Source: Lama guanicoe (taxonomy: Eukaryota). From it: DNA of 64,000 nt. Below the pieces are notes generated by a model, which did no database searches, was not told where the DNA came from, and saw only the letters and a list, made by a program, of their open reading frames with translations. The translations under genes were made by a program, and so were the position numbers. The DNA is taken from assembly GCA_013239625.1 (NCBI GenBank), contig MU053876.1, forward strand, positions 175,394 to 239,393, written 5' to 3'. Positions 62,139 through 64,000 of the stretch are shown piece after piece (position 1 is the stretch's first letter; every line of letters starts with the position of its first letter).

Positions 62139-64000
62139 GTATGACCGTTCTCCAGCGCTCAGGACAGTGCAGTCTTGTCCTGTAGCCTCTTTGTGCAGGT
62201 TCCTAGACTTGTTATGATTTAACCTCAGATGGACACCATTTGGGTACTGTGTTTAACCTCTGATCACAAGAGACGCAGAGAAAATACTGAACTAATGCTT
62301 AACAATAGGCTTGAACTTGAGAAGCAGAAAGGTGTATAATGTGATTCCTTAGACAGAATTTTTGCAGTTATACTTTAGACAGGGTAAATTTTAGGGAGCT
62401 AGCAGTATAGATGTATTCTGTCATAAATTCTGATTTTTACATGAAGAATTATGTACTTCCCTATACAGCAATATCACTTTGCCTTTTTGGGGTGTGTGTA
62501 GTTAATTATGTTTATTTATTAGTACCACTCTGTCTTGGGGGCAAACTTAGACACCCTTAGTCTTTGATATGACATGAATTTTAAGAGAACTATTCTCTTG
62601 GGGTAAGAGTAAAAGTAGCAGAGTTTATGTATGGAATATTCAGCCTCTTTTTTTTCTCGAATATATATATATCATTTTTACTTAAGTAACACAAGTACGT
62701 TTTGTCTGATAATTTCTGTTCTACTGTGTTAGTATCCCCTCTCTATAAAGATAGGTCTAGCCAATGAAAAAAATTTAAATTTGACTTGATTGTCTGATTG
62801 TTTGGTTTCCAAAGTTTATTGGCCTAAAGTAAGTAATGTGAATTACCTCTGACCTATTCCTGTGGAAAACCTGACTGAGAGAAACGATCAATTAGGGGAA
62901 GACGGTCGAGGAAGCACCAGGCGGCCCTGCTCCCGGCCCAGGGCGGCCCCCACCCCGTGTGAAGGGCCAGCAGTGAGGATGGCAGGCCTCGTGGGCCAGT
63001 CTCTTGCCCTTCAAACAGTAGCCCATATATGCCATCAGCTTGTATCCACATTTACAGCAAAGAGGCTTTTCCTTGTATTTAAACACGTGTCTAGTACAGT
63101 GTCCATGTAAATTATTTTTCAAAGTTGTCTGTCAGTTACTTTCTTTTTTCCTATCAGCCTAGGTTTCCCTTTATTAATTTTGTTGCATTTATCATTTTCA
63201 TAAGCCTCTTCAAACCATTTTTGGGAAGAAGCAGGGAACAAATGTGTTTACAGTCACAGTAGGTCAAAGAAAAGGGCTTGTATAGTGTGTTAGAACGGGA
63301 CTTCTGCTTCCATTCTCGGGCGACAGTACGTAGTTTGGATCACTTCTGTGAGAATAACTCGGAAAGCTGACACCACATAACTAACAAGATAGTGAGGAAT
63401 CTCTAGGCCAGGATTTGGAGGAGGAGGAGGAAGGCCCAAGGAGGTGAGCCTGGTTTCTGAGGCTGCAGGACTCTGTGCAGTGTTCGTTCTCTAAAGCTTT
63501 GTATTAATTCAGGCTCAGAGAAACAGATGTTAGAATTGCCTTGAGTTCAGTCTGAACGTCGCTGTATGCAAAAGAGCTGTACTAATTAAAGCACGCCCTC
63601 CTGGCTCCCTGGTGCTCGGGACACTGTGCTTTTGCAAACTGCTTTGCATTTATCTTCTGTAAGCAGAAGGCTTCCATCTCCCGGTTAGCAGCTAGAAAAC
63701 CAATAACCAACTTTGGGGCTTACCCTTGCTAAACTTTGCATCGTGCATTTTTATGTTAGCGTCACTCCTAACTGCATTCTGTCTTGCTTTCCCTTTGCCT
63801 TGTCATTTATACCTGCTTCCAGTTTAGAGTCCGCCGCTTTATTAATCTTTGTAAATTGCCTCATCCACTTTTAAGTGGAACAATTCCATTGATAAATTAA
63901 GTTTACTATATTAGGAGAAAAGCACATAGGAATGTTTCCATAAAACCATTAACTAAAAGTTTAGAAATTTTTAAGGATGATTTTCCAGTTATTTGGAAAA

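Overview
Mammalian (eukaryotic) genomic DNA. It is most likely from a camelid (alpaca/camel lineage), inferred from several tRNA-derived Vic-1-like SINEs. The window holds the head-to-head gene pair ZCWPW2 (minus strand) and AZI2/NAP1 (plus strand), which share a CpG-island bidirectional promoter at about 41.4-43.1 kb. For ZCWPW2, the first coding exon (CW zinc finger plus the start of the PWWP domain) lies at 1066-1425, and a probable non-coding exon-1 donor is at 41957. For AZI2, the non-coding exon-1 donor is at 42662 and five coding exons lie between 54308 and 62138. All are GT-AG and phase-consistent, and the gene continues beyond the window. The rest is intron, packed with L1, L2, MIR, SINEs, MaLR/ERVL LTRs, a solo ERV1 LTR, a degraded ERV1 provirus and DNA-transposon relics. 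I cannot support a new protein-coding system here. The most interesting unexplained structure is regulatory: (1) a 48-bp tandem triplication of a ZNF143/THAP11-type ACTAYRNNNCCCR motif in the shared promoter; (2) a nested uORF plus overlapping-uORF arrangement in the AZI2 leader, and an overlapping poly-Lys uORF on the ZCWPW2 start; (3) two strong isolated hairpins (60714-60763 and 36620-36674); (4) small orphan CpG-rich patches; (5) a young L1 tail inserted in the branch-point zone of the ZCWPW2 coding exon. Gene and repeat-family names come from recognising the sequence by eye, not from a database search, and repeat boundaries are approximate.
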